Shown: piece by piece, positions 1-12,063 of the stretch
Layout of the letters: each line of letters starts with the position of its first letter
Numbering within the stretch: position 1 is the stretch's first letter
NCBI GenBank assembly: GCA_030295235.1
Contig: AP026133.1
Span: forward strand, 124,001-188,000
Direction of reading: 5' to 3'
Length of the DNA stretch: 64,000 nucleotides
Source of the DNA: Fistulifera solaris
Lineage: Eukaryota
Made by a program: the position numbers and the translations under genes
The notes under the pieces: generated by a model
What the model was told of the DNA's origin: nothing
Database searches by the model: none
What the model saw: the letters and a program-made list of their open reading frames with translations, nothing else

Positions 1-24
1 TCTCATATTCGGGCCGAAAAGCGA

Positions 25-2450
25 ATGTCAGAGTCAAAGTTCAACAACGACTCCGAACAGCAAGCAAATAACTACATCTGAAGTGTCTAGCGGCAGTTTT
101 AGATCGTCAAAGAGCAACAATAAAAGCTACCTGTCAACCAAATCACCCATACAAAGCCCAGCTACTCTTGGTCCTGAGTCTCCCGTTAGAAGTTTTAGTG
201 CGACACAATCTCCCAGATCGACGTCGCATCATTCTCCAAACCAATCGTTTCTTGTTTCAAATTCACCGAGCTCTAATCCATCGGCCGAAAGATATCGCAA
301 AGTTATTATTCGGAAAGCAGATGGCACTACGACTACTCGTATTTTGGAAACCAGGTGAAGAATTGCCCAAAAATGTGAAAAAGACTCCAGTCAGAACTCA
401 TCGAATACGACGACAATCACTTGGGAGCATTCCCGCTATACCACTCACCGAAGACGACATATCACCGCAACCAGTAAATGCCAAATCCGAAAGAGCGAGA
501 CAGAGCAAAGCATTAAGTACGCCAACAACGTCAAAAGCTGCAGGGAAAATGTATCGCCGTAGTTCGTTGGGTGCGATACAAAGACCATCGACCAGTGTTG
601 CTAGAGAACTACCAGTTGGATCCGAGCTAATGCCGAAATATCAGGAGGGTAATCCAAAAGTAACAAAGCCTACGGCAACGAAACCTTCATCGAAGTTTCA
701 CACTCAGCAGAGTCCCGTCCAACAGACTCCGCTCACCCCTGGTTTGACACCTCGGCAGCGTTATCGCAGAGCCACGATGTCTCACGTTACTACAGCCGGG
801 GTTCCAATCACTCCTACGATTCTTCCGAAACGCACTGTCCCCAGGTCTCCCAAAGTGCCCACTGTTCATGATATTTTCGATACGACACAATGGCCAGAAA
901 CACCTTCACTACGAGCTGCGCCTTCCGAACTTGACGGCACTCACGCAATAATGCTATCAGATACCATCGATAGTGCTACCGCGAAGCTTCCTATCACTCG
1001 CTTGTATAAGTACGCAAGGCAATGCAATTGGGAAGCTGTCGGTTGTGAATGCAAATTATACCCTCGTGACGCAAAGTGCGTCGAGCCATCCGATGGAACA
1101 ACTGCGTTGCATTTGGCAGTCATGAGCCGCATCAATCCATTTTTGCGAGAAGGCAGCATCCCAGATGTGGAAATGGCTCCACTGGAACTCATTGAGCAAT
1201 TAGTGGCCGCGTGTCCCGAAGCTGCCATCACGCGGTGCTCTGTCAAAAAGTACACTCCATTAATTTATGCTTGTCTAGTTCTTGGTCAAGATTACGACCT
1301 GCATGACGGTGTTGCTATGGTGCGCTCATTGCTGCAGCATGCACCACACAGCGTTTATGTGTTTACAGACGATGGATTCTCTGCACTCGACGTGCATATT
1401 TTGAGCTATTCTAGATTCCACCGCTGTAAGCAAGACAGCCAGGACGATAGTACGCTAGTCATGCAGGCGCTTTTAGAAGAACGACCTGATTTAGCTGAAG
1501 CTCGATCCTACAAAAACCGTGTAAGAGGGCCTTTGGAATTACTGTATCGCAGCAACCTGGAGCATTTCAAGGACAGTAGTAAAGTGAGTGATTTTGCACC
1601 GCTCTCAGCTTTGGTGGACTCGCCACAAGAATGGTGGGCCTGGAGATGGGCCGACGTGCTCCTTAGACAACACAACAACTCTTCTGAATACAAGTCGTTA
1701 CACGCCGCATGTGGACTAACGGGGTGCCCGTTGCCGATCTTGTTAATTGCGGCACAGAGCAATCCTGCACAGCTGAAAGAACCTGTCAACGAGTTAGGCA
1801 ACTTGCCTCTACATCAAGTATGTATGTGGATTTGCGATAGCGAAATGATTGCGGGCGATCCCTTTGTTTCAAGAAGAAAGACCGCCGCGATTGAGAGTTT
1901 GTTACAGCTGTACCCTGAAGCGGCACGAATGAAGAATAATATGGGTGAAACACCTTTGCAATTGGCAATTGAGTCTAAGACTCCCTTCCACGGTGGTTTG
2001 GAGGCTCTGATTCGAGCGTTCGGCGATGCTTTAAGCATTCCACGTAAACTACGCGCGGTCGATGATGAGAATGAGCAACTGTTGAGCGTAGATGTGTACG
2101 ATGATCATGATTCCGTCGATTCAGACTGGGTGGATCCCGTACTTGCAGTGGAAGGAATGTACCCTTTCATGGTTGCCGCTGTTGTATCATTTATCCCACT
2201 TTCAAAACGCAGACCATCATTTTTCCTGAACCAAACTGAGGCTCAACATCATGCCGACATAGAGAAACGCGAACTAGAACATTTGCGGACCATATATGGA
2301 CTATTACGGGCCCGTCCCAGTGTTTTCGGGCAATATAAACCCGTTTTTCGCAAGAAAAAGTCGAACCACATGGAAGAACCTGAATTGTCAGAATATACCG
2401 AGATTGTGGAGGACGATTCAGACTATACGGAAGTTACGTGTGATGACTAG
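25..2450 (+). CDS. Diatom ankyrin-like repeat protein with long Ser/Pro/Thr-rich disordered N-terminus (5' end uncertain, probable frameshifts near 68 and 348)
   Basis: ORF 168-2450 has ankyrin-like motifs (DGTTALHLAV, YTPLIYAC, GNLPLHQVC, GETPLQLAI) and a C-terminal GMYPFMVAA motif typical of this diatom family. The overlapping ORF 83-358 probably supplies the real N-terminus; there is an ATG at 25. Confidence 0.65.
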
Positions 2451-2541
2451 AGATGATTTATGAGCCGACAAGGCTTGCCGTGCTATTGAATAGTGAACTT
2501 AGATTGGGTGCTAATTGTGCAGTTAAGTCATCCGCCTGTTA

Positions 2542-2895
2542 TTAGGAGAACATCTCCATAGTCTCCTTGTACACAAAAGCGAGTTGTTCGGAAATATTGG
2601 AGGACCCTTGGCTATTGTAATAAATTTGAGCTTGTAAAACGGCATTGTATATGCAATGTCGCTTCTTCTTCATTTCATGTTTTTTCAAGAAGCATTCCAA
2701 ACCCAAAAACGTCTCCATGGAAGACTCCATGAATGAGTTTTCACGAAACTGCTTGACTGTGAAATAGTTGGCTACCGCAAAAGCATGTACATCTGTATTG
2801 CTGTACCAAAGTTGGGAGACGGAGTCCTCTTCATAGCGGTCCACCATGTACATTCTGACCATCGGACAAAAGGACACTCTTTTGCGTGGCGTCAT
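2542..2895 (-). CDS. Small diatom-type hypothetical protein (KRVSF...LWYS...GLE family)
   Basis: 117-aa ATG ORF with the RVSF / LWYS..D / LGLE motif order seen in many diatom hypothetical proteins. Confidence 0.55.
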   Translation of the reverse strand: MTPRKRVSFCPMVRMYMVDRYEEDSVSQLWYSNTDVHAFAVANYFTVKQFRENSFMESSMETFLGLECFLKKHEMKKKRHCIYNAVLQAQIYYNSQGSSNISEQLAFVYKETMEMFS

Positions 2896-3326
2896 GCTTT
2901 TCCTCTTCGAAAATGAGAATCTCTTTTGAAGAACGAAGCCGTCGAAAATGGGGACGACTCATTCTCAACTGATGTTTTACGAGCGTGGATCATGAAACTG
3001 CGAAGCATGGTAGCAGAAGAACAAATTTGTGGGGGTTTATCATCTTTGTTGCGTGAAGCAGTGCTTGCATAAAAATCGTCCGATGGTCGAAATGTGTCTT
3101 CGTTGTCCAAAAATATTCAAAAAAACCTTAGTGCACGCTGGTGCACGTCTGCAACTCGGAACCCGAAACAGTCGGTTTTTTGATCACGATCCAGTGTCGC
3201 ACCAGTACACCTGAAGTGGACCTTCACTGAGTATGATCTATGATCTTCTAAAAAGGAGGGAGACGTACCAGTACCAGTACTACGTACGAGTAAAAATTAT
3301 TTGACATGACCGTCGGAAATTGAAAC

Positions 3327-3908
3327 GTGAAATTAAAATTCTTTCGATCCTGGATGATAAATCCATTTGAAGCGCCTCGATACACCTTTTGGAGAGAAAC
3401 AATCTTAGCGACACTCATCTTACCGATGATCACTTTGTCAGGTGCAGATGACGCGGCGTTTGCGATGGTTATCGTTCTCGCTTTTCTCCTCGGTGGAATC
3501 ACTTTCCTGTGGATCTACCGATGCACGTTTCCGTACCGAACTCAAAGCAGTCGATCCCTCGACGGCACCTTCGCACATGCTCTGATGAAGTTGGTGAAAA
3601 CACATCCTGAAGTCAAAGTCGAGCTGACTGGAGACTGGCAATGTTCCAACCGCGAACTGATTATCGAAGCACTTTCCTTCAATCGATTTTATCATGGCGT
3701 TCAGTCTTGTCGGACAATCGAAAATGATTCTATTAAAGTAAAGCTCGTTTACGCCGCACTGCTACAACATAAACACGATCCATGTCGAAGTGGGGTGCTA
3801 TTATCGACTCTGACCGACATTTTTGTCTCTTCTCTTAACGATCATTGTACTCTTTCTTTTGAGGAGGAGGGTAGAGTAAATACTTGCTCTAAATCAAAAC
3901 TAGAATAG
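3327..3908 (+). CDS. Hypothetical protein with one predicted TM helix (start uncertain)
   Basis: 193-codon ORF with hydrophobic stretch AAFAMVIVLAFLLGGITFLWIY; no family recognised. Confidence 0.35.
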   Translation: MKLKFFRSWMINPFEAPRYTFWRETILATLILPMITLSGADDAAFAMVIVLAFLLGGITFLWIYRCTFPYRTQSSRSLDGTFAHALMKLVKTHPEVKVELTGDWQCSNRELIIEALSFNRFYHGVQSCRTIENDSIKVKLVYAALLQHKHDPCRSGVLLSTLTDIFVSSLNDHCTLSFEEEGRVNTCSKSKLE

Positions 3909-4672
3909 CGTTGATTGGCCTACTTCAATCCATTTGTATAGAGCCTTTAAAATCAAGAATTTGGCCTGACGAATAAACTGCGTAAAAACGCACGTTCAAA
4001 AGTAGTAGCTTTTTACCCACTGAATGACCAGGCTGCTGAAAAAGCTTCATCTCTCTCGATTTTGCGCAGCTTATCCGTTAAGCGATCCAACACTCTCGCG
4101 CTTTGTAGTTACCATGTTGTGCATATTGAGTTTGCTTGATCTGTGTCGTTTTGTATTCTGTTGCCGACAGCTGCCGATGCCATGTATAAACTCTTTTGCT
4201 AAGGCATGTCCCAGTTGTATGTCGGATTCTTACCAAACGTCCTTTTGAGCATCTCTACGGCACCAAGGAGAACTTCAGGGGTTGTTTGAAGCACTGTACG
4301 CAACAAGGCTTTTATCGTACATGCGTATCCTTTCCTTCGTACATTCGAGTGCTGTCGTCCGTCCCTCTTCGTTCGATCGCAGCAGGTATATTACCAACTT
4401 GTAATAATCCTTCTAAAGCACTCCATCGTTTTGATGTCATTGAGGCTATGGCGATGAGCGATAAGCGATGAATTCCGGCGGCGTCTGCACATTGTACGTC
4501 CGTTTGGAAGAAAATCGTCTCTCGCGTCCTTTGTCGACATCAAAAATAAGACGACCAAAAAACGCAACCATGAACCGTTTATTTGCTTGAAAGCTTAGAT
4601 TAGCGTATCGAAGAACTTGTATTGTCAAAGTCGTTCAGCATCCTACTTCGTCGAGCAGCGCGACATCCTAAA

Positions 4673-6155
4673 ATGCCGATTACCCCACGATTTCATCTTT
4701 CGCAAGACGAAAATTCCATTATTCTTCACATTTCAGTGCCTCATTTCCGTGTCTCGAGTGAAAACATTCAAGTCGTCATTACCGATGATTCAGTCTTACA
4801 CTTCTCGAGTTCTCCCTATTTGCTTGTTCTGAATTTCTCACCGCATCGTTTTGCGGAACAAGCGGATGAAGCCTGCGCTCAGTGCGAAATCGCGACAAAA
4901 GAGCTCGTGCTGCGTCTCCGGAAAGCGCAAGAACACGATATTTGGGAAAATCTTCATTTGCTGGGGCAATTAGTAGCACCAAAACCAGCTGCAGCCGAAG
5001 CGCCGTGGTTGCAAAAAGTCGTAGCGAGTACAGAGCGGACAGTAGAGGATATTCCGACCAAAGACACGACGAGTGCTTTCGATGGATATGGCTTTATGAA
5101 CATGTTTAAGAATATCTACGAAACTCTCGCCAGGGAAGAAGCTTCGTGGTTGGAAATTCCTTGGAACTCATTGGAGTCTAAAGAAGAGCGGCGGAGGAAA
5201 CGAATAGTTCTGGAAAACGATAGCTTCGACCAAGATCGCTACCTGCAAGACTTGGATGTGTCGGATGATTATATCTATCAAAACGCAGTATCTTTTGTAC
5301 CATTTTGGACTGAAACGATGGAACAGCAGCTTGCATCATTATCTCTTCAGTCGCCAGCACAACAATTTTCCAATCAGGAACAGCAGGATCTTTTGTCGAT
5401 ACCGTATCCCATCGTGCCGCACACAACAAAGTTTTCGTCTCGATCACTGCTGATGGGGCTTCTAGATATTCTCTTTGCCTACGTCTATGATCATTTGACC
5501 ACAGATGGTGAACCGACCGTGGAATCCGCTTGGACTGTTACAAAACTCAGTGCCTTGCTTTCCTGTCTCGAGGACTGGAGCCAGGACAACGTAGAAACAG
5601 TCATGATTTTCTCGTGCCGAAGGACTCTCTTGTACCCATACTTACGCAACACTGATCTGGCCTGTTTGTGTTGGCAACATGTTTCAAAGATTCTACTCAA
5701 CATCGATTACATTGTGCGTGTTCTACTCCAATTACGCAACATACTGCTGAAAACAGATCAGTATCACTACTTGTCGAATCAAATCTGGATCGATCCCTAC
5801 TTGGCCTGGATACAACGACAAAACGATGCGTTGGAGAAAGATCTAAGGTATCTGTCTTTTACTGTTCAAAAACACTGAACAATTGGAAGAGGATCCATCT
5901 GCTTTCAAAGAATCGTTGCAGCTGGGAATTCCGGAGTTGGAGCAGTCTTTGAATACGTCAGAAGAAAGTGAAGACGACGACTCTGCTGATTCCGTTAGTG
6001 CTTCGTCCGAAGAAGAAAATGATCGCAGTGGCGGAGAAGAATGTGAAGTACGTAGTGCAGGAGAGGCAGTCATTCAGCGCCAGCACGTCTCCGATGTCTT
6101 GCTCGATTCGAACATCAAAGAGTCAAAGCTAATAATAGTCAAAAATATACTTTAG
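4673..6155 (+). CDS. SHQ1: H/ACA snoRNP assembly factor SHQ1 homolog (1-bp frameshift in A-run 5868-5872)
   Basis: N-terminal CS domain MPITPRFHLSQD...PYLLVLNF, then YGF, FDQDRY, GLLDILFAYVYD...GEPTVESAWTVTKLS and RRTLLYPYLRN. Removing one A joins it to ORF 5883-6155 (acidic tail). Confidence 0.9.
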
Positions 6156-6209
6156 TAAACAATGTCACGAGGTTTCGCTACAAAATAGGAAACGATGGCT
6201 TGTTTTGAC

Positions 6210-7389
6210 CTAAGCAGCCGCTGACGTTGAGTCGTCCCGAGTATGATGACGCGGTAGCGAACAGATAACCTCCCCTAATACAGCACTCACAGTACTCCCG
6301 ACAGCGCACGCTAGACTCATCTTTTCAGCAACAATCATCGACGAGTGACTCAAATGTGCCCATAATGCATAGACGATCCAAATGTGAAGGACTATGTCAA
6401 CAAAATCGGTGATAGCTGCTACGCCAAAGAAAACCTTTGTTTTCGTCTTGTCTTCCTGGCTCATCCGTTTCAAATCTTGCTGGAATAGATACCACCCAAA
6501 GAGTGCACCTAAAGCAGGTAAGGCGAGAGATAGCGATCGACCCAATTTTGGTAACATGCGCTCCACAAAGCGCTCTTCAAATCGTAGAAAACTTCTTTCA
6601 CCGTTTCGTTCTAGCACACGCTCCGCCATGCGCTCTCCATTTCTCTCTACTATCCGTTTCGTCCCGCTTTCTGCGATTCTTTCTATTTTGTTGGTGGCAA
6701 ATTGTCGTGCTCTTCTTGGAAATAGTTTTTCCAAGCCCCTCTCTGCAACGCGTTCGGCATTCCCTTCCAAAACCCGCTCAATACCTCGTTCTGCCATTCG
6801 TTCCGCATTAATCTCGAAAGTTCTCTCGATACTTCGTTCGGCAATTCGTTCGGTCCCGCGTTCTGCGATACATTCCGCTCCCCGTTCGATGAGCCTCTCC
6901 GTGCCTCGCTCGGCAGATCTTTCGATTCCCACGTTCATAATTCTTCTTGCTCCTCTCTCGGCTACTCTTTCAGCTCCCTGCTCAGCAAAACGATTTCCAC
7001 TTTTTTCCAGCAACCGCTCTCCGCCGTGAAGTCGTTTGACCATTGCCGCAATCTGCTCAATACCTCGCTTCCACCATTGATTCGTGGATTTGCTCACTAG
7101 ATTTTCAGTGACATGCTGCGCAATCCCCATGGTTGCTTTTTTCTTGTGCTCGATGTTTAACTTGATGCAATGCGGGATGAATGTGATGATCCTCATGAAT
7201 GTTCGTTTGATTGTGGTTTGTGAATGATGATTTGTCATCGTTGGTCGATCCTTCTTTCAGAGAAAACTCCGGAGAGTAAGAATACGGAGAAATGAAGCAT
7301 TGGGGACGACCTTGGCGACGACTAGCTGCCGACGCCACGCAACACAAAAACAAAGCAAGGTTTCGAATAATCGTCGCAGAAAGCCTCAT
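6210..7389 (-). CDS. Signal-peptide protein with xxER repeat tract and three C-terminal hydrophobic helices (frameshift in run 7137-7142)
   Basis: ORF 7105-7389 has a signal-peptide-like start and joins ORF 6210-7238 across a homopolymer. AERG/TERI/AERS repeats are followed by hydrophobic segments. Confidence 0.6.
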
Positions 7390-7743
7390 CTTTTACATTC
7401 CACATTGACATTTACGGATGCCTCCTTGCATACATGGTACGATACCTTGTACGGTACTCGTAATACTTTTTTTCATGCCAGCTGCGAGATGCCTCTGTCG
7501 TTTTAGTACACTCAACACTAGCTCGATGGCAACATTTAATGCTTGAATACATTGTGCGATTGGACGACGTTTTTTAGATAAGGTCAATTTTTAAAAAAAC
7601 GATTCGTTTTTGCGGTTGCAGAATGCACAAGCTCCGAATAAACCTCGCGAGCAAGTGTTTTCCATGAACAAGATCCTGTTGGCGAACTTACAAAACTCGT
7701 CTAAAAATAATACCACGGAGTAGCTGATAAGTTGATGAGCACT

Positions 7744-8480
7744 ATGATGTTTCTGAAGCTGACCTTAACCTCCCATGACATCGAAGGGCGAGCAGAATCC
7801 ATGCAAGCCAGGCGAAACCTATTTTAATGCACGAATCAATCATTCTCACACTTCTCAGTCTTAGCCTTTACACACACTCACACATGCACCCCCCTTCAAA
7901 GACGAACGGATTGCATATGCTGACTGGAAAGACTTGAAGCCGAAACCGCCCTTCGATCAGCTTCCCTACCTCACAGGCGACAAAGAGGATGGTTCGCAGC
8001 CGGTCATTCACACTCAGAGTTTGGGTATCCTTCGAGGAATCGCTTGCGAGTACGCACCCGATCTCTACCCGACGTTTATGCCGTCGGGAAGAAGCCATCG
8101 CCATGATGGATAAAATCAATCCTTCGATTTACATGGCCATGTACCCGGAAATGTACGGACAACCTGCAAATACCGTGGGCATGGAAGAAGGAAAACAAAC
8201 CATCAAGATAATAAGAGAACGGTTTGTGAAGCATAACCTCCGGATCTACCTCAAACATCTTGAAATTTTGTTGGCTCCGAAATGGTAGCACATTTCTGGC
8301 ATATGACAAGCTCTCGATCGCTGATTGCTACGCAGTTCCTGCATTACGATCCTTTACGTGGCTATTGGAACATGCTCTTCCCAATTGCTTGGATGATCAC
8401 ACTCCACACTCTGATTATTGACTACACAAAACGTTCTGTGCTCTTCCGAAAATCCAAGGACGTTACACGACGGGCATCTT
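7744..8480 (+). pseudogene. Degenerate sigma-class-like glutathione S-transferase
   Basis: Pieces in several frames: KLTLTSHDIEGRAE (7756), FKDERIAYADWKDLKPKPPFDQLPYL (7895), TQSLGILR, FLAYDKLSIADC (~8293). There are multiple frameshifts, no GT donor for the first intron, and the catalytic-Tyr region (YF) reads SH. Confidence 0.7.
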
Positions 8481-8716
8481 CTGTGTATATACAATTTCAT
8501 AATTTGCAAGAATTAACTTACTTGCACAATGATGTTGAGTAATAAATTACTTCTGAATCTCTGATTTCCCTCTACATGGCTTCCACACTTTACACCCCTT
8601 GAAACAAAGTGTTTGCCATGTGAGCGTTTCTTGCTCGTTGCTTGTAAAACGGTCATTTAGTTCCTGCTACTTGCACCTACTTTGCAATACTTTGTATGTA
8701 AACGATTTTCCACTAT

Positions 8717-8790
8717 GGGAAGGACGTTAAAATTCTGCCTCCCAGTAAAAGATTCTACGTAGCGTCTACGACGAGGTTAACGCCGTTCCC
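8717..8790 (-). repeat. ~80-bp hairpin repeat, copy A (inverted, 8-bp deletion in one arm)
   Basis: Reverse complement of GGGAACGGCGTTAA[AATTCTGC missing]CTCGTCGTAGACGCTACGTAGAATC...GAGGCAGAATTTTAACGTCCTTCCC. Confidence 0.9.
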
Positions 8791-8798
8791 CGGAGATA

Positions 8799-8873
8799 GG
8801 GAACGGCGTTAAAATTCTGCCTCGTCGTAGACGCTACGTAGAATATTGTACTGGGAGGCAGAATTTTAACGTC
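8799..8873 (+). repeat. ~80-bp hairpin repeat, copy B
   Basis: GGGAACGGCGTTAAAATTCTGCCTC-loop-GAGGCAGAATTTTAACGTC; lies back-to-back with copy A across an 8-bp spacer. Confidence 0.9.
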
Positions 8874-8889
8874 GTTAAAAGCTCCCTGC

Positions 8890-9191
8890 ACGTTAAGACA
8901 TAAACAGTGAACGGTGAGCCTACGTAGTAGTCACGTTTCACTGTGTCACGGATATGTCGGTTTTTGGACGCACGACTTTGCGCGCCGAGTTGCTGTGTCA
9001 CTCCGGGTACGTCAACCCTCTCTGACGTTTGATACTTAACAATTGGGACAATTCCGTTGAGGGTTTACCAACTTTTTATCCTATAGTATCTTTGAAAATG
9101 ACTCAAAAGCTGCACGTAGCAATCTTGCGTAGCAGCTCGCACACGTAAGATACCCATCATTCGTTTCCATACGTCACTCAAAATCCACGTG
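8890..9191 (+). promoter_or_regulatory. ACGT-core (bZIP/aureochrome-type) motif cluster upstream of Lhcx
   Basis: Nine ACGT cores in ~300 bp (8890, 8922, 8933, 9009, 9025, 9114, 9143, 9171, 9187), including three TGACGT/ACGTCA and one CACGTG. Confidence 0.55.
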
Positions 9192-9296
9192 CATCGCGAC
9201 GACGATCGACCCACAAAAGAAGTCTTTGTTCATTCTCACAATTCCCAAAAAGTCGCTCTTGTTACCATCTATTATTAATTGCATATTAGAATCAAA

Positions 9297-10020
9297 ATGA
9301 AGTTCGCTGCCTCTATCCTCGCCCTTGCTGGATCTGCGTCCGCCTTCACCCCTCAGAAACTCGGCAAGACATCGACGGCTCTCAACTCGGGCCTTAACGG
9401 CTGGGTTCCGGACTCGTCCAAGATGGCGTACGGTCTTCCGGGTGCCGTCGCCCCTTTCGAGGATGGCTTCGACCCCCTTGGATTGTCGACTGACAAGGAC
9501 TTGGAAACTATCAAGTACTGGCGTGAGGGCTGAGCTTCAGCACGGCCGAACGGCCATGCTTGCCGTGATTGGCTTCTTGGTCACTGAGGAGCCCATCGAG
9601 ATTCACCCGCTCTTTGAGGCCAACGAAAAGGACATTGGACCCGCCATCCGTCACTTGGATGAAGTCCGTGCTGTCTCACCTTTCTTCTTTGAGATCTTCG
9701 CTGTCTTGATCGGTGCCCTCGAACTGAACCGTGCCTTGACCGGATGGAACTCTCCTTCCGCCAAGACGGTCGCCGGATCGGGCACACTCAAGGAAGACTA
9801 CTTCCCGGGTGACATTGATTTTGATCCTTTGGGACTCAAGCCAAAGAATGCCGAAGAGTTCCTTGCGCTCAACACCAAGGAACTCCAGAACGGCCGTTTG
9901 GCCATGCTTGCTGTTGCTGGCTTTGTCGCTCAGGAGCTAACGAACGGAAAGGAGATCTTTGTCAACTTGGGTCTAGCGCAGGATCGCTTCGATCCTTCTG
10001 TCTTGCCCATCCAATTCTAA
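9297..10020 (+). CDS. LHCX: Light-harvesting complex protein, Lhcx/LI818 clade (extra G in run ~9527-9529)
   Basis: Presequence MKFAASILALAGSASA-FTP; FDPLGL, REAELQHGRTAMLA, GPAIRHL, PGDIDFDPLGLKP and TKELQNGRLAMLAVAGFVAQEL. Confidence 0.92.
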
Positions 10021-10151
10021 ACACTTCCTGGTACTTGTAATTTACAGAAGCCTTAACTTACGCTAATACGCTTGTTACAATGATTATACATGTAAGATTC
10101 GTAAAATGGTCGTCTACGTGTCATGATTTTGCGACGTTGATGATGAACCTA

Positions 10152-11608
10152 TCATATTTGCATCAGATTCGACGTTGATAAACGTTGGTCGAGTTGTGGC
10201 ATTACAGGCGTTGTCTTCTTGAGTAGGTTGTCGAACACGATGTTCTTTGACAACATACTTTGCAATGAGTAGTCTCCTTGGACACCGGTCGGTGCAATTT
10301 TGATGAAGGTGCTTCTACAGTCCTCAGATATGCAGTCTCCAGTCTCTGATAGAGACGAGCCCCCGAAAAGCGGAGGGCAGCTGATTCTCTCTCCGGTGTC
10401 GTCTTCCAAATCAATATCGTAATCGTTCTCCAAGATCCACGAAGGCAATAGGACTTGAATTTTCCTTTGATTTTCTTGGCACAGAGACTTGAAGGGAGAA
10501 GTTAAAAATTTTGTAAAGTATTCTTTCTCGCATCCAAGTCCCATTGTCTCGCATTCAATCGAAAGAAGATGAGGATGTTGGGTCGCTGTCTTCAGCAGCT
10601 GTTGCCAACGATCGCCCAGTATTTGATATTCGCCCAACACCAATTTCTTCAAGGTGTTGTTCCTCTCCAAAACTCGAATCAACGCCAACGACAACCATGC
10701 GTTATCGTCTTCATCGACGGCACCGACAATATCTAGCTGCTGAAGATCGCTTCTGCCAACAGCTTCGAGCAACAACTCGTAATGCCTCTGCACTTCGAAG
10801 GAGTCGCATGAGATACCACTCAACACCAACGTGTGCTTCACGCGTCCACTTGCGACAGCCTTAATCAAATGCTGTAACGGTCGGAGGTCGTCGAAGAAGC
10901 AGCATTCCAGTGAAAGCTTTTCGACGTTCGGAATACTGGACAACGCGAACCTTCCATCGAAGGCAATATAGCGAAAACTGAGAGTCCGAACATGTTCGAC
11001 AGACCCCTCGTCCAGTAGGCGACACAGCTCATGCCATGAATCTTCGTAAAGGGTAAATCTTGCTCAAATGTGATCCTTTGATAAGCGGCGGACCTACTAG
11101 TCGAACCAACACAAAAGGATCTTCCTCCATCGACAAAACGGCATCGAAGAAAGGAGAGCTGCGTAGAGATATCTGTCGATGACAATGTCCATGCTTGCTG
11201 CTCCGTCAACTCAAAGTTTTCAAACTTGTACTCTCTTTGAGGATTTGTTTGAAGAATTGATTGTATTTGATGGCAAGAGAATGGCAGGTGCATCCTGTTA
11301 TCGTCCCTATTTTGTTCAGGAAGTAAAGTCACTGTATCGAAGATGTCATCCTGTCGATTCAGAATCATGGTGACAACCTTCGTAGCGCTTTCTTCATCTT
11401 TACCGTGCACAAATATCACGAAAGAATGTAAATAGGCATTTTCAAAAGCCAGCACAAGGACAGGATGGTAGCCAAAATGGCTGATTCGCTCGGAAGCAAG
11501 GAAAGCCGACTCCTTCACCACCCACAATGGAGACTCTTCGTCGCGCAGACGTAAAAGGATATCACTCAACGTTTCTTTTGTTTGATCCATAGAATGGTCT
11601 TTCATCAT
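10152..11608 (-). CDS. Diatom expanded-family hypothetical protein with RNI/LRR-like C-terminal half (frameshift ~11048)
   Basis: Two overlapping ORFs join to give ...PFTEDSWHELCRLLDEG...; LRR-like spacing in LERNNTLKKLVLG and HPHLLSI. Confidence 0.6.
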
Positions 11609-12063
11609 AGGTTACCGTTGAGGCTATTCAACGCACATGCCATTGTCAAGATGAGATCTCTTTTGAAGCTACGCGAGGTGCGGGGGAGAAATTATGAATG
11701 ATGTGCGTATGTTCGCGCTATACGTCAAGAAGTTCGACAGAGTCCGCCTTACAGTAGCCCACTTACGGCTTGTATCTATTGAGTCCCCGTTTCACCTCTT
11801 TGTTGACACTCCAGTCCATAGTCGCTATTCATTCTTTGAGACAACGAGGATACTTTGTATCTTTCAAGAAATTCGGAGGGGTGAAACAAACATTTTTGAA
11901 TTTCGAGGTACGGTACGGTACCGGGTTCACGGAAGATTCGCGTGACTGCGAGTGTTGCTACTTACGATAAAACCTTCTTCAGGATGATCCTCCCATGTTT
12001 GGAGCGTTGACTTTTATTGCTTTTGAGTTTCGCCTTAACCTAAAACTAATAGAACACAGATTT

